Shown piece by piece: positions 26,951 through 38,317 of a stretch of 64,000 nucleotides of DNA (position 1 is its first letter; each line of letters starts with the position of its first letter). The notes under the pieces were generated by a model. The model saw nothing but the letters and a program-made list of their open reading frames with translations. It was not told the DNA's origin and ran no database searches. A program made the position numbers and the translations under genes. The stretch is from an uncultured Thermodesulfobacteriota bacterium (GTDB taxonomy: Bacteria > Desulfobacterota > RBG-13-43-22): the NCBI GenBank assembly GCA_964627515.1, contig CAZVHO010000006.1, positions 9,043 to 73,042 on the forward strand, written 5' to 3'.

Positions 26951-27329
26951 AGGGTTTCTCCATGATACGAGTCAAAACATCTCGTAACGTTTCGGGATGG
27001 AAAGGTTTTTGGATATAATCTTTGACCCCCAGGGCAAATAATTCCTGCAGACGGGTTTCACTGCCCTCGGTCGTAATCAGCACCACGGGAATACCTTCAT
27101 AGTGTTGGTCGCCTTTTAGTTTTTGGACCAATTCCAATCCGCTCATCACCGGCATATTCAGGTCCGTCAGGATCAAATCAATCCAATGACCAGACAGGAC
27201 AGTCAAGGCCTCAGCGCCGTTACCGGCTTCCAAACATTCCCCCAAGTCAAAACCGGAAAGCGTCAGGGCCTTTAAAATAACCTTCCGCATAGTCTGGGAA
27301 TCATCAACAATCAAAACATTATATGCCAT
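26943..27329 (-). CDS. cheY: Single-domain chemotaxis response regulator CheY
   Basis: 128-aa REC-only protein with DD at the N-terminus, LILTDLNMPVMSG and a conserved KPF. Confidence 0.9.
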   Translation of the reverse strand: MAYNVLIVDDSQTMRKVILKALTLSGFDLGECLEAGNGAEALTVLSGHWIDLILTDLNMPVMSGLELVQKLKGDQHYEGIPVVLITTEGSETRLQELFALGVKDYIQKPFHPETLRDVLTRIMEKPYV

Positions 27330-27365
27330 GGTTGGTCCCTCATCAATGATCCGGTGGTCTCAAGC

Positions 27366-28214
27366 TTATTGCACCTGGATCATGGCTTCCACTTTTTGGA
27401 TCTGATCCCCCAGTTGGGCCATAAATCGTTCAATATCCTTTTCATCTAATCCAAAATGATGCATGACTTGATTGAAACCGGTATAGGATAATCCATCGAC
27501 TCCTCCACCGATACCGGTCAGCATGGCGATCAAGTCACACAAATAAATCTGGTAAACCAGTTCCTGTTCGGAATGGGCTGATAACGGGGTATGATGGTAC
27601 CGGATGGCCTGGATAATTCCCTGGGGGAAGTTCCATTCTTCGGTAATCAAAGCGCTCAGCTCGGCATGGTCGATGCCCAAAACATCTTTTTCTGCTGTCA
27701 GGAAGGAAATCCCTTTCGCTCGAACCTGTTCCTTTATGGCTTCAAATTGCTCTTCGACATAAGAATGCAACAATACCTTGCCGATATCATGGATCAGGGC
27801 GGCCGTAAATAATAAGGGGCTCTGGTCTTTCTTTAATCGTTTAGAGATGATTTGAGATAAAAGGGCCGTACTGACCGAATGCTTCCATAATGCACCGGCC
27901 TCTAAATCATAGCCGGAAACGGCCTTCCCCAAGGTCGAACCGGCCACCGTGGCCATGATGATCTCAAAAAGCTGGTTGAACCCCAAAAACATCAAGGCCT
28001 CTTGCAGAGATCCAACCGGATGGCGCAGACCGAACTGGGCCGAATTACAAATTTTCAAGACATTGGCGGTTATGACCTGATCGTATTGAATCGTTTCAAC
28101 GACCTCTTGAACGGAAGACTTAGGATTGTTGATCAAATCCAAAGCCTTATTGACAACCGCCGGGAAAGGGGGCAGTTGGCGGGTGGATTTAATAATGGCC
28201 TCGACGAAACTCAT
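27366..28214 (-). CDS. HDOD-domain protein
   Basis: 282 aa with the HDOD-type N-terminus (LPPFPAVVNKALDLINNPKSS) and the HD-like AALIHDIGKVLL. It is embedded in the che operon. Confidence 0.8.
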   Translation of the reverse strand: MSFVEAIIKSTRQLPPFPAVVNKALDLINNPKSSVQEVVETIQYDQVITANVLKICNSAQFGLRHPVGSLQEALMFLGFNQLFEIIMATVAGSTLGKAVSGYDLEAGALWKHSVSTALLSQIISKRLKKDQSPLLFTAALIHDIGKVLLHSYVEEQFEAIKEQVRAKGISFLTAEKDVLGIDHAELSALITEEWNFPQGIIQAIRYHHTPLSAHSEQELVYQIYLCDLIAMLTGIGGGVDGLSYTGFNQVMHHFGLDEKDIERFMAQLGDQIQKVEAMIQVQ

Positions 28215-28690
28215 AGTTCTTTTTCTCCCTCCCCGGAATAGCGAAGAAAGACTTTTCCGGTAGCCAGATCCATCCGTACGGTCCGGGACACCTGTCCCCC
28301 CACATCCTCGGCCTTGATCAGGACATTATTTTTCCAAAGGATCTTTCGCAGGGCCATATAGTTTCTTTTTCCGATATTAAAAAATCCGGAATCATCCAGG
28401 ATTTGAGACCCGCCAGCCACCTTGACGATAATCCGGCTTTTAGATGCGCCCACTCGATAGGCCTCTTTAAAAAGCATTGGTATTCCGGTATCAGCAAACA
28501 TAAAAGGATTTTTTTGGGCCTTCTGGAGGTCGATCTGTGATTCCGGCAGCATGTAGTGGAGAAGCCCCCCGACTCCCGCCACAGGGTCGTAAATAGCGAC
28601 CCCGATGCAAGACCCCAGGGAATAGGTAATTAATCCGGATTGCTGGTCCCGGCTGACCCCCATATCGGCAATTCCAACGATTATTTTCAT
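28211..28690 (-). CDS. cheD: Chemoreceptor glutamine deamidase CheD (catalytic Cys present)
   Basis: 159 aa with YSLGSCIGVAIYDPVAGVGGLLHYMLP. It overlaps the cheR stop. Confidence 0.9.
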   Translation of the reverse strand: MKIIVGIADMGVSRDQQSGLITYSLGSCIGVAIYDPVAGVGGLLHYMLPESQIDLQKAQKNPFMFADTGIPMLFKEAYRVGASKSRIIVKVAGGSQILDDSGFFNIGKRNYMALRKILWKNNVLIKAEDVGGQVSRTVRMDLATGKVFLRYSGEGEKEL

Positions 28691-29538
28691 ATTTTTTTAT
28701 AAATAGCCGGTTTCACATAGTGAAAAGGATGTTCAATGCCGGTCAGACTTTCCGAGTGTCCGATGAAAAGGACCCCCCCTTTTTCCAGGTTGTCATAAAA
28801 CCGGTTAACCAACTGGGTCCTGGTTTCTTTGTCGAAATAAATCATCACATTTCGACAAAAAATACAATCAAAGGATTCATTGAATGAAAAAGAATCCATC
28901 AGGTTCAGCCGCTGAAATTTGACCGTGGATTTTACAATGGATTTAACTTTTACGTGGTTCCGCCACTGGTTTTCCCCGCGGAGAAAATATTTTTTCAACA
29001 AATCGATGGAGAGGGACTGCATCTTGTTTTTAAGATAAATCCCGGATTGGGCCACCGCCACCACCTTGGTAGAGATATCGGTGGCCAGGATCTTCAAATC
29101 CCAACCCGATCCGGCTGGCAATGATTCTAACAAAGTTATGGCAATGGTATAGGGCTCTTCGCCGGTAGAACACCCGGCGCTCCAGATCCGCAACTTCTTC
29201 GGGTTGTTACCCTTTTCCCCCTTTAAAGAAGGAATGATTTCATTTTTAAGATAATCGAAGTGCTGATTTTCCCTGAAAAAATGGGTGAAATTGGTGGAGA
29301 TGGAATCCAGCAACTGGATCATTTCCTCCCCGGATGGGTCGTTGATGACATAGTCATAATATTCGCGAAAGGATTGGAAATTGCCGTTTCGTATCCTTTT
29401 TCCCAATCGGGCCTTGACCAGCTCTTTTTTTCCGTCATGAAGATTAATTCCGGATTGGTCATAAACCAGACGGCTGATCTTGACGAAATCGGCCTCGGTA
29501 AATTCAAGGGGCTGATACATGGAATAATTCAAGGACAT
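28687..29538 (-). CDS. cheR: Chemotaxis methyltransferase CheR
   Basis: 283 aa with the CheR N-helical domain plus a SAM-MTase fold (RIWSAGCSTGEEPYTIA). Confidence 0.93.
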   Translation of the reverse strand: MSLNYSMYQPLEFTEADFVKISRLVYDQSGINLHDGKKELVKARLGKRIRNGNFQSFREYYDYVINDPSGEEMIQLLDSISTNFTHFFRENQHFDYLKNEIIPSLKGEKGNNPKKLRIWSAGCSTGEEPYTIAITLLESLPAGSGWDLKILATDISTKVVAVAQSGIYLKNKMQSLSIDLLKKYFLRGENQWRNHVKVKSIVKSTVKFQRLNLMDSFSFNESFDCIFCRNVMIYFDKETRTQLVNRFYDNLEKGGVLFIGHSESLTGIEHPFHYVKPAIYKKI

Positions 29539-29547
29539 AGGAGATCC

Positions 29548-31185
29548 TTAAAACTCCTGAAAATCTTCTTCCGTTAAGGGAATAATTTTCTCCGGGGATA
29601 TTTCTTCCCCTTTTGAAGGGGTCTGATGTCCCGAGACCCTTTTTACGGGGATGGAGTATGGGATTCTCCTGGCCCCGGGGAGATTCCTTTCCTTCCCCTT
29701 ATGACCGTTATGCCTGATCTTAAACACGGACATGATGGCCGCCAACTCCTCGGCACTGGCCGCATTGGTTTGAGTCCCGGAATTCATTTCCGCTACGGCT
29801 CTATTGATCTGCTCGATTCCTTGGGACTGTTCTTTGGAGGCTGAAGCAATTTCACCCACTAAATCAACGGCCTTGGACGTGTTATCGGCCACCTGTTTGA
29901 AATCCTGATCAGTGGAAGTCACCAACACGGCACCGCTTTTTATTTTCTTGACAATATCCTCGATCAGGTTGGAGGTATTTTTGGCCGCCTCGGCGGCCCG
30001 CATAGCCAAGTTTCGGACCTCATCGGCCACCACGGCAAATCCTGCACCGGCCACACCGGCCCGGGCCGCCTCGACTGCGGCATTCAAAGCCAGCAGATTG
30101 GTCTGGAAAGCAATCTCATCAATGGTCTTGATGATCTTCTGGGAATGCTCACTGGCGACCACAATTTCCTTTATCGATCCACTGAGTTCGTCCATGGAGA
30201 TTTGGGTTTTGGCCATCTTTTCTTTGGCTAATGACATGAGGCGGTCGGCCTCAGCGGCATTTCCGGCATTTTGTTTCGTCATGGAAGACAACTCCTCCAG
30301 GGAAGAGGAGGTTTCCTCAATGGAGGCGGCCTGTTGAGAAGCTGCACTGGAAAGGGTTTGGGACATGGCCGTTGATTGGCTGACCATTTCTCCAAGTTTA
30401 TGCCGCATGGCATTGACCGATTGGGCCAATGCACCGATTTCATCCTTGGAAATCAGGGTTATTTCCTGGGTCAGATCTCCATCAGCGACTTTTTTAATGA
30501 CCTCCATGGCCTGTTTGATCGGATTGGTTATAATTTTAGCCATATAAATTCCGATCACCAGGGAAAGGAAAATAGCCGCCACCATAACAAAAATCAGGAT
30601 GGTTTTGACTAATTGAGAACTGGTAACCGTTGCGCCATACTGGTCCTTGCTTAATCGATTTTCCAATTCCATCAAATTTTTTACATGCCTATTTAAAATT
30701 TGAAATTTTTCATCAACCGAGCCCATAAAAACCGTAGCGGTATTTAAATCGGCCATGGACATATCAATGGCATTTAAGGCGACTTTCTTATATTCCATGA
30801 AGCTCGGTGTAATGGTCTGGAGGAGTTTTTGTTCTTCCTGGGAAAACCCTTTGGCCCCGACCATTTTTTGGAACGATTCCCATTCCTGATTAATCACTTT
30901 AATTTCTTCGGTTCTGAGCTGATCAATCTTTTTCTCATCATAATTGGCATGGGCCCAGTTAATGATTTTATAAATATTAAAATTGATTTCAGTCAGGGCA
31001 GTCAGGATCTTTGAAGTCCATTGATAGCTCTGGAATCGTTGATTAAAAAAGGAATCCATCGCCTCCTGCTGAATCTGAATCCCGCGATAGGAGACCGCAC
31101 CTAAAATAATCAACAACAGTAACACCAGGACCGGCCCGGCCAAGGATTTATTGATCATTCTTAAATTTCCCAGAATCTTTTTCAT
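29548..31185 (-). CDS. Methyl-accepting chemotaxis protein (TM - helical periplasmic domain - TM - HAMP - MA domain)
   Basis: Highly conserved signalling hairpin [40 protein letters not shown]. The start was moved to MKKILGNL (ATG 31185), which has AGAGGAG 6 nt upstream. Confidence 0.93.
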   Translation of the reverse strand: MKKILGNLRMINKSLAGPVLVLLLLIILGAVSYRGIQIQQEAMDSFFNQRFQSYQWTSKILTALTEINFNIYKIINWAHANYDEKKIDQLRTEEIKVINQEWESFQKMVGAKGFSQEEQKLLQTITPSFMEYKKVALNAIDMSMADLNTATVFMGSVDEKFQILNRHVKNLMELENRLSKDQYGATVTSSQLVKTILIFVMVAAIFLSLVIGIYMAKIITNPIKQAMEVIKKVADGDLTQEITLISKDEIGALAQSVNAMRHKLGEMVSQSTAMSQTLSSAASQQAASIEETSSSLEELSSMTKQNAGNAAEADRLMSLAKEKMAKTQISMDELSGSIKEIVVASEHSQKIIKTIDEIAFQTNLLALNAAVEAARAGVAGAGFAVVADEVRNLAMRAAEAAKNTSNLIEDIVKKIKSGAVLVTSTDQDFKQVADNTSKAVDLVGEIASASKEQSQGIEQINRAVAEMNSGTQTNAASAEELAAIMSVFKIRHNGHKGKERNLPGARRIPYSIPVKRVSGHQTPSKGEEISPEKIIPLTEEDFQEF

Positions 31186-31284
31186 GGTTGCTCCTCTTAT
31201 CGTCAAGGATTGGGTTGATAATACTTCGGATGGTATCCGGGGGCCGAATAGGGATTGGCTATTGGTCCCCGGACGTAAAATGCT

Positions 31285-31737
31285 CTATTTATAGATACCG
31301 CAACAAAAGATAAGGTCATCCACCTTTTTAACAAAAGTGGTCTTGTCATCCATTTTTTTGGTAACCGGGTTCGTCCATTTATAATCCACCCAGCCGCTGC
31401 CTTTTGATTTGGCCAACTCCAGCCCATCCTTGACAAAAAGTTTGCCGTCGGCATCTTTTAATCCACTAACGTCTTTGCCGATCAATTTTTGATTGGTCCC
31501 ATGGGCCAAAACCATCCCGTTTAAATCCCAGATAAAAATATACAACTCCCCCTTAACAAACTGCCCTTTAGGATTACTGAATTCGGCCAGGGCCTTATCT
31601 TTCCCATTAGCCTTGTAAAATTGAATACCTTTTTCGATCAGCGTTTTGGCTTCGTCGGCATTCCCGGCAGCCGAAGCGAACCCGATTAAACCTGTTAAAA
31701 AAAGACCCGCAATCAAGACCACAATCCATTTTTTCAT
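31285..31737 (-). CDS. Stand-alone secreted single-Cache (sCache_2-like) domain protein
   Basis: The start was moved to MKKWIVVLIAGLFLTGLIGFASAAG (GGGAGGA RBS); the track's longer ORF would overlap the HTH gene. Cache-like LYIFIWDLNGMVLAHG..GKD..DADGKLF..GSGWVDYKWTNPVT. The C-terminus is FCCGIYK. It is a paralog of 46344-46805. Confidence 0.7.
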   Translation of the reverse strand: MKKWIVVLIAGLFLTGLIGFASAAGNADEAKTLIEKGIQFYKANGKDKALAEFSNPKGQFVKGELYIFIWDLNGMVLAHGTNQKLIGKDVSGLKDADGKLFVKDGLELAKSKGSGWVDYKWTNPVTKKMDDKTTFVKKVDDLIFCCGIYK

Positions 31738-31792
31738 CCTTTTCCTCCCTTTTTCTGGTTGATGAACCCGGTCAGGCCGGGGTAATACCTTT

Positions 31793-31975
31793 TTAGGCAG
31801 TCTTTTTTGTTTTTTTGGCGGAATCGATGATCCGGATGATTTCATCCATATCAAATCTCCAGGATTTGCCGACCCTGAAACCGGGAATTTCCCCGCTCAT
31901 TGCCAACTTATAAATAGTTGATTCCGTCAATTTTAAATATTGTCCGACTTCTTTCGCTGTCACAATAGTGGCCAT
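31793..31975 (-). CDS. Small excisionase/MerR-like helix-turn-helix DNA-binding protein
   Basis: 60 aa: MATIVTAKEVGQYLKLTESTIYKLAMSGEIPGFRVGKSWRFDMDEIIRII. This fits the HTH_17/excisionase-family pattern. It lies between cheW and the Cache gene. Confidence 0.65.
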   Translation of the reverse strand: MATIVTAKEVGQYLKLTESTIYKLAMSGEIPGFRVGKSWRFDMDEIIRIIDSAKKTKKTA

Positions 31976-32013
31976 AACGATTCCTTTTGATTTTTCGATT
32001 TCCGGCCCCTTGC

Positions 32014-32526
32014 TCAGGCCGCTTTTTCCATCTCAATCATTTCTTCATCGCCGAAGACTTTGTCGATATCCAGAAGGATCTTGACCGCTCCTCCGGTTTT
32101 GGCCATACCGAGAATATAACCCGTATCCATTTGCGTCCCGAAAGCCGGCGTATCCTCTATTTCCCCGTTCTTAATGTTCAAGACCTCGGAAACGGAATCG
32201 ACCACCACTCCCATCAAAACATGTCCTGCGCCGTCTTTAATTTCGACGACGATGATGCAGGTCCGTTCCGTATAATCCATCTCGTCCATATCGAACTTCA
32301 GCCTGAGATCCGCCACAGGAATAACTTTTCCCCGAAGGTTTATCACGCCTTTAACATAAGACGGCGTTTTGGGGACCGGAGTAATAGGCATCATCCCGAT
32401 GATCTCCTTGACCTTCAGGATAACAATCCCATATTCCTCACCAGCCAGAGAAAAGGTCAGATATTTCCCTTCGCGATCCAAGGAAGTTTTTTGACTCTTA
32501 TCCACTGATTCTACGATCTCTGCCAT
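32014..32526 (-). CDS. cheW: Chemotaxis coupling protein CheW
   Basis: 170 aa CheW-like domain (YLTFSLAGEEYGIVILKVKEII..INLRGKVIPV.DLR). Confidence 0.93.
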   Translation of the reverse strand: MAEIVESVDKSQKTSLDREGKYLTFSLAGEEYGIVILKVKEIIGMMPITPVPKTPSYVKGVINLRGKVIPVADLRLKFDMDEMDYTERTCIIVVEIKDGAGHVLMGVVVDSVSEVLNIKNGEIEDTPAFGTQMDTGYILGMAKTGGAVKILLDIDKVFGDEEMIEMEKAA

Positions 32527-32596
32527 TGTTCATACCTCCCTTTAAGAGTCCAAATGGACTTTCCCCCTCGAGGTGAGGAGTTATTAATTATCTCTA

Positions 32597-32623
32597 TTAT
32601 CGGTTCTGGAAAAAAAAACTTTA
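32597..32623 (-). promoter_or_regulatory. Sigma-28 (FliA) promoter upstream of cheW
   Basis: The minus strand reads TAAAGTTT-N11-ACCGATAA (TAAAGTTTTTTTTTCCAGAACCGATAA). The -10 lies about 70 nt upstream of the cheW ATG. Confidence 0.7.
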
Positions 32624-32837
32624 ATGTGAACAACAGGTCTGAACCCTATAAAAGAATAAAAATCAAAAAAAACGGTCCAAATCACTTAAAACTCTTGAAA
32701 CGCCCAATCTTCCGAGGAGTGTCCTTTGATCCGACATTTTCAACTTTGGCGGCCGGTGTTTTTTTCCTCTGGACTTTGGACCCTGATTGGAAAGGTTTAT
32801 TCAGGGACAGGAAAAACATGATGATTATGTAAAAACC

Positions 32838-32867
32838 CGTCATTCCCGCGCAGGCGGGAATCCAGGC
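32838..32867. repeat. Single copy of the GTCATTCCCGCGCAGGCGGGAATCCAGG palindromic repeat, just downstream of cheB
   Basis: CGTCATTCCCGCGCAGGCGGGAATCCAGGC gives an 8-bp stem with a 4-nt loop. On the minus strand a TTTTT run follows 6 nt after the stem, so it may act as a terminator for cheAB. Confidence 0.8.
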
Positions 32868-32880
32868 TAATCATAACGGG

Positions 32881-36170
<3,290 letters not shown>

Positions 36171-36584
36171 ACGGTAATCCTTTCCTTGATTTTTCCAAAG
36201 GATTGTTGAAAAAAATTATCCTGAGAACAGGGAATCAGCATTTCTAATAGGTTTGGTTTGCTTTGTTGCAATAAATATACCGATAACTAATTGGCTTGAA
36301 ATTCTGCGGAATTGACCAAAAACGCAGTGTGACCGCACCAAATAACAAATTGATAAGTCAATATTTCGACGAAATCTGAGGACTCTTGACACTACCCCGG
36401 AGGATGCTGATAGATAACGAAGTAGGCGACAAAAAACAGCTTCCAGGGGTCGGGGATCAGGAGGCGGGGGGCTGAGGTCTGGAAAAGGAGCACCAGGAAC
36501 CACGAAAATATCGAATGTCGAAGTAAGGTTGGTTTTAAACCCGCCCCTACGGAGCCCCAACAGAGGCCAAGGGTGGTTAATAAT

Positions 36585-36677
36585 CTATTTTCGAACTAAA
36601 CCCCCATACCCTTTTGGGCATCACGAAACATGAAGATGGTTTTACTCCGAACTCCGAACTTTAAACTCCGAACTCTG
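36585..36677 (-). repeat. Composite intergenic element copy E2 (motB-cheA spacer)
   Basis: The minus strand reads heptamers GTTCGGA/GTTTAAA/GTTCGGA/GTTCGGA (36677-36644). The core ATCTTCATGTTTCGTGATGCC follows (36637-36617). The box TTAGTTCGAAAATAG is at 36599-36585. Confidence 0.7.
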
Positions 36678-36684
36678 TTTTCTT

Positions 36685-37413
36685 TTAAACACTGGAATGC
36701 TCGTCCTTAAGCCGGATCTCCACTCTCCTATTTTGGGCCCTTTGTTCAGTCGTAAAATTCGGGGACAACGGCCTTTGTTCGCCATTCCCTTTAATGGTAA
36801 AACGGTCGGGCTCTAATCCATGCAGGGCAATCAGGTATTTTAAGACACTGGTGGCCCGGGCTACCGACAACTCCCAATTGGAAGGAAACCGCCGGTTATT
36901 AATGGGCAGATCATCGGTATGGCCGTCGATCTCCACCCGGAAAGAGGGATACCTTTTGATCACATCGGCAATGGTATCTAAAATCGGTCCGGAGGATTTC
37001 AGAATATCCGCCTCTCCGGTCAGAAAGGTTACGTTTTCTTTCATGGTGATCAGTATCTCTTGATTCATAACTTGGATCATCACCTGATCATCCAGGCTCA
37101 ATCCGGCTACGGTCGCCTTCATATCTTTTTGAATATCTTCGAGTTTTTTGTTCGTCGGCTGGTTCGTTTCAGGCAGGGGAAGCGCTGCCAAGACTGGAGG
37201 ATTCCCCGCTTTGGGTTTGGGGGCCTCTTTTTTCCCGGCGGTCACCTTGGTCATGGCAAAGATGATAATAAAGAAGACCAACAGTAAAGACAGTAAATCG
37301 CTCAATGTAATCAACCAGTTATGGTCCACGTCCATCGAGTCGGCCGAGGCCGAAATCATTTTTTGATAGCGTCCCTCCCGGGCTGTTATTATTTTATCCG
37401 GCATCCCGCTCAT
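36685..37413 (-). CDS. motB: Flagellar stator protein MotB
   Basis: 242 aa. The N-terminal TM carries the conserved Asp (WLITLSDLLSLLLVFF). The C-terminal OmpA-like peptidoglycan-binding domain has NRRVEI. Confidence 0.9.
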   Translation of the reverse strand: MSGMPDKIITAREGRYQKMISASADSMDVDHNWLITLSDLLSLLLVFFIIIFAMTKVTAGKKEAPKPKAGNPPVLAALPLPETNQPTNKKLEDIQKDMKATVAGLSLDDQVMIQVMNQEILITMKENVTFLTGEADILKSSGPILDTIADVIKRYPSFRVEIDGHTDDLPINNRRFPSNWELSVARATSVLKYLIALHGLEPDRFTIKGNGEQRPLSPNFTTEQRAQNRRVEIRLKDEHSSV

Positions 37414-37468
37414 GATATGGTCCCCCTCTTCTCTTAAAAACTATCCAAGGCAATTTGAAATTTTTCGG

Positions 37469-38257
37469 TTATACCTCACTCCAGGACAGCTTCTTCCCTA
37501 AAGGAATGGCCTGGGGTGCGAGCAAGCCGCTGACACCAGCCAACTTTTCCTCGATTTTTAGAGGATGTTCCCTTTCATTAATGGCGGTCAGACCTTCAAT
37601 GGTCATGGTCATTAAGGATTCGCTGAGGATGGCCTTTTCTTTTAACTTGGAGGAAAGGGGAAGCATGATCAGATTGGCGATAATTACCCCATAAAAAGTG
37701 GACATGAGGGCCACGGCCATCATGGGGGTCATGGTTTCCACCGACTGAAAATGATCAAACATCTTGATCAAGCTGATAATCGTTCCGGCCAGACCCAGGG
37801 CCGGGGTAAGCCTGGCCAAGGTTTTTAGAATGTTTTGACTCAAATTATAATTAACCAGCCGGATAGCCATCTCTCTTTCCAAAATATTTTTTATTTCTTC
37901 AATGGGATGCTGGTTGATCATTAAATGGATGCCCAGTCTCAAAAAATCGTCTTTGATTTCTTCCAGACGGTGCTCCAATTCGCGAATATTCCCTTTTCGA
38001 TAAATCCCGGCTAAAGTTAAGATACTCTTGAGCAGGGAGGCCCGGTCCTGGCGATCTTGAAAGGCTTCTTTGAGATGGATAAAGACGGCCTTAATCCTTT
38101 TGGTCGGAAACCCGACCAACAGACCGATCACGGTTCCGCTCCCGATGATCAACAAGGCATCGAGATTAAAAAACATTTCCAGTCCGGCATTTCGGATGAT
38201 CGGCAGCATAAAGAAAAAGATTCCAGCAGAGACAGTTAAGGTAATGAGCAGGTTCAT
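37469..38257 (-). CDS. motA: Flagellar stator protein MotA
   Basis: 262 aa MotA/TolQ/ExbB-type 4-TM protein (LAGTIISLIKMF, ALMSTFYGVIIANL). Confidence 0.9.
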   Translation of the reverse strand: MNLLITLTVSAGIFFFMLPIIRNAGLEMFFNLDALLIIGSGTVIGLLVGFPTKRIKAVFIHLKEAFQDRQDRASLLKSILTLAGIYRKGNIRELEHRLEEIKDDFLRLGIHLMINQHPIEEIKNILEREMAIRLVNYNLSQNILKTLARLTPALGLAGTIISLIKMFDHFQSVETMTPMMAVALMSTFYGVIIANLIMLPLSSKLKEKAILSESLMTMTIEGLTAINEREHPLKIEEKLAGVSGLLAPQAIPLGKKLSWSEV

Positions 38258-38317
38258 TTTATTCCTCCTGAACGGTTAAGGTTGCTTGAAACAATACCGG
38301 GTCAGACTTTTGATAAA

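Noticed and set aside
31738-31854. N-terminal extensions in the ORF track (also 46806-46862, 54561-54653, 55922-56086, 51796-51891, 5544-5582, 8341-8400, 31186-31206)
   Set aside because: In each case an internal Met or GTG is preceded by a good Shine-Dalgarno sequence and begins a signal peptide or a conserved N-terminus. The longer version would overlap the upstream gene or a promoter.
31793-31975. Excisionase-family HTH gene as a marker of a prophage or integrative element
   Set aside because: There is no integrase, no att-like direct repeats and no phage genes nearby. The gene is embedded in a conserved-looking che operon.
36216-36560. 114-aa minus-strand ORF upstream of cheA
   Set aside because: The composition is low-complexity with Pro- and Arg-rich stretches. 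No RBS or recognisable domain is present. It is kept as non-coding, although this is unverified.
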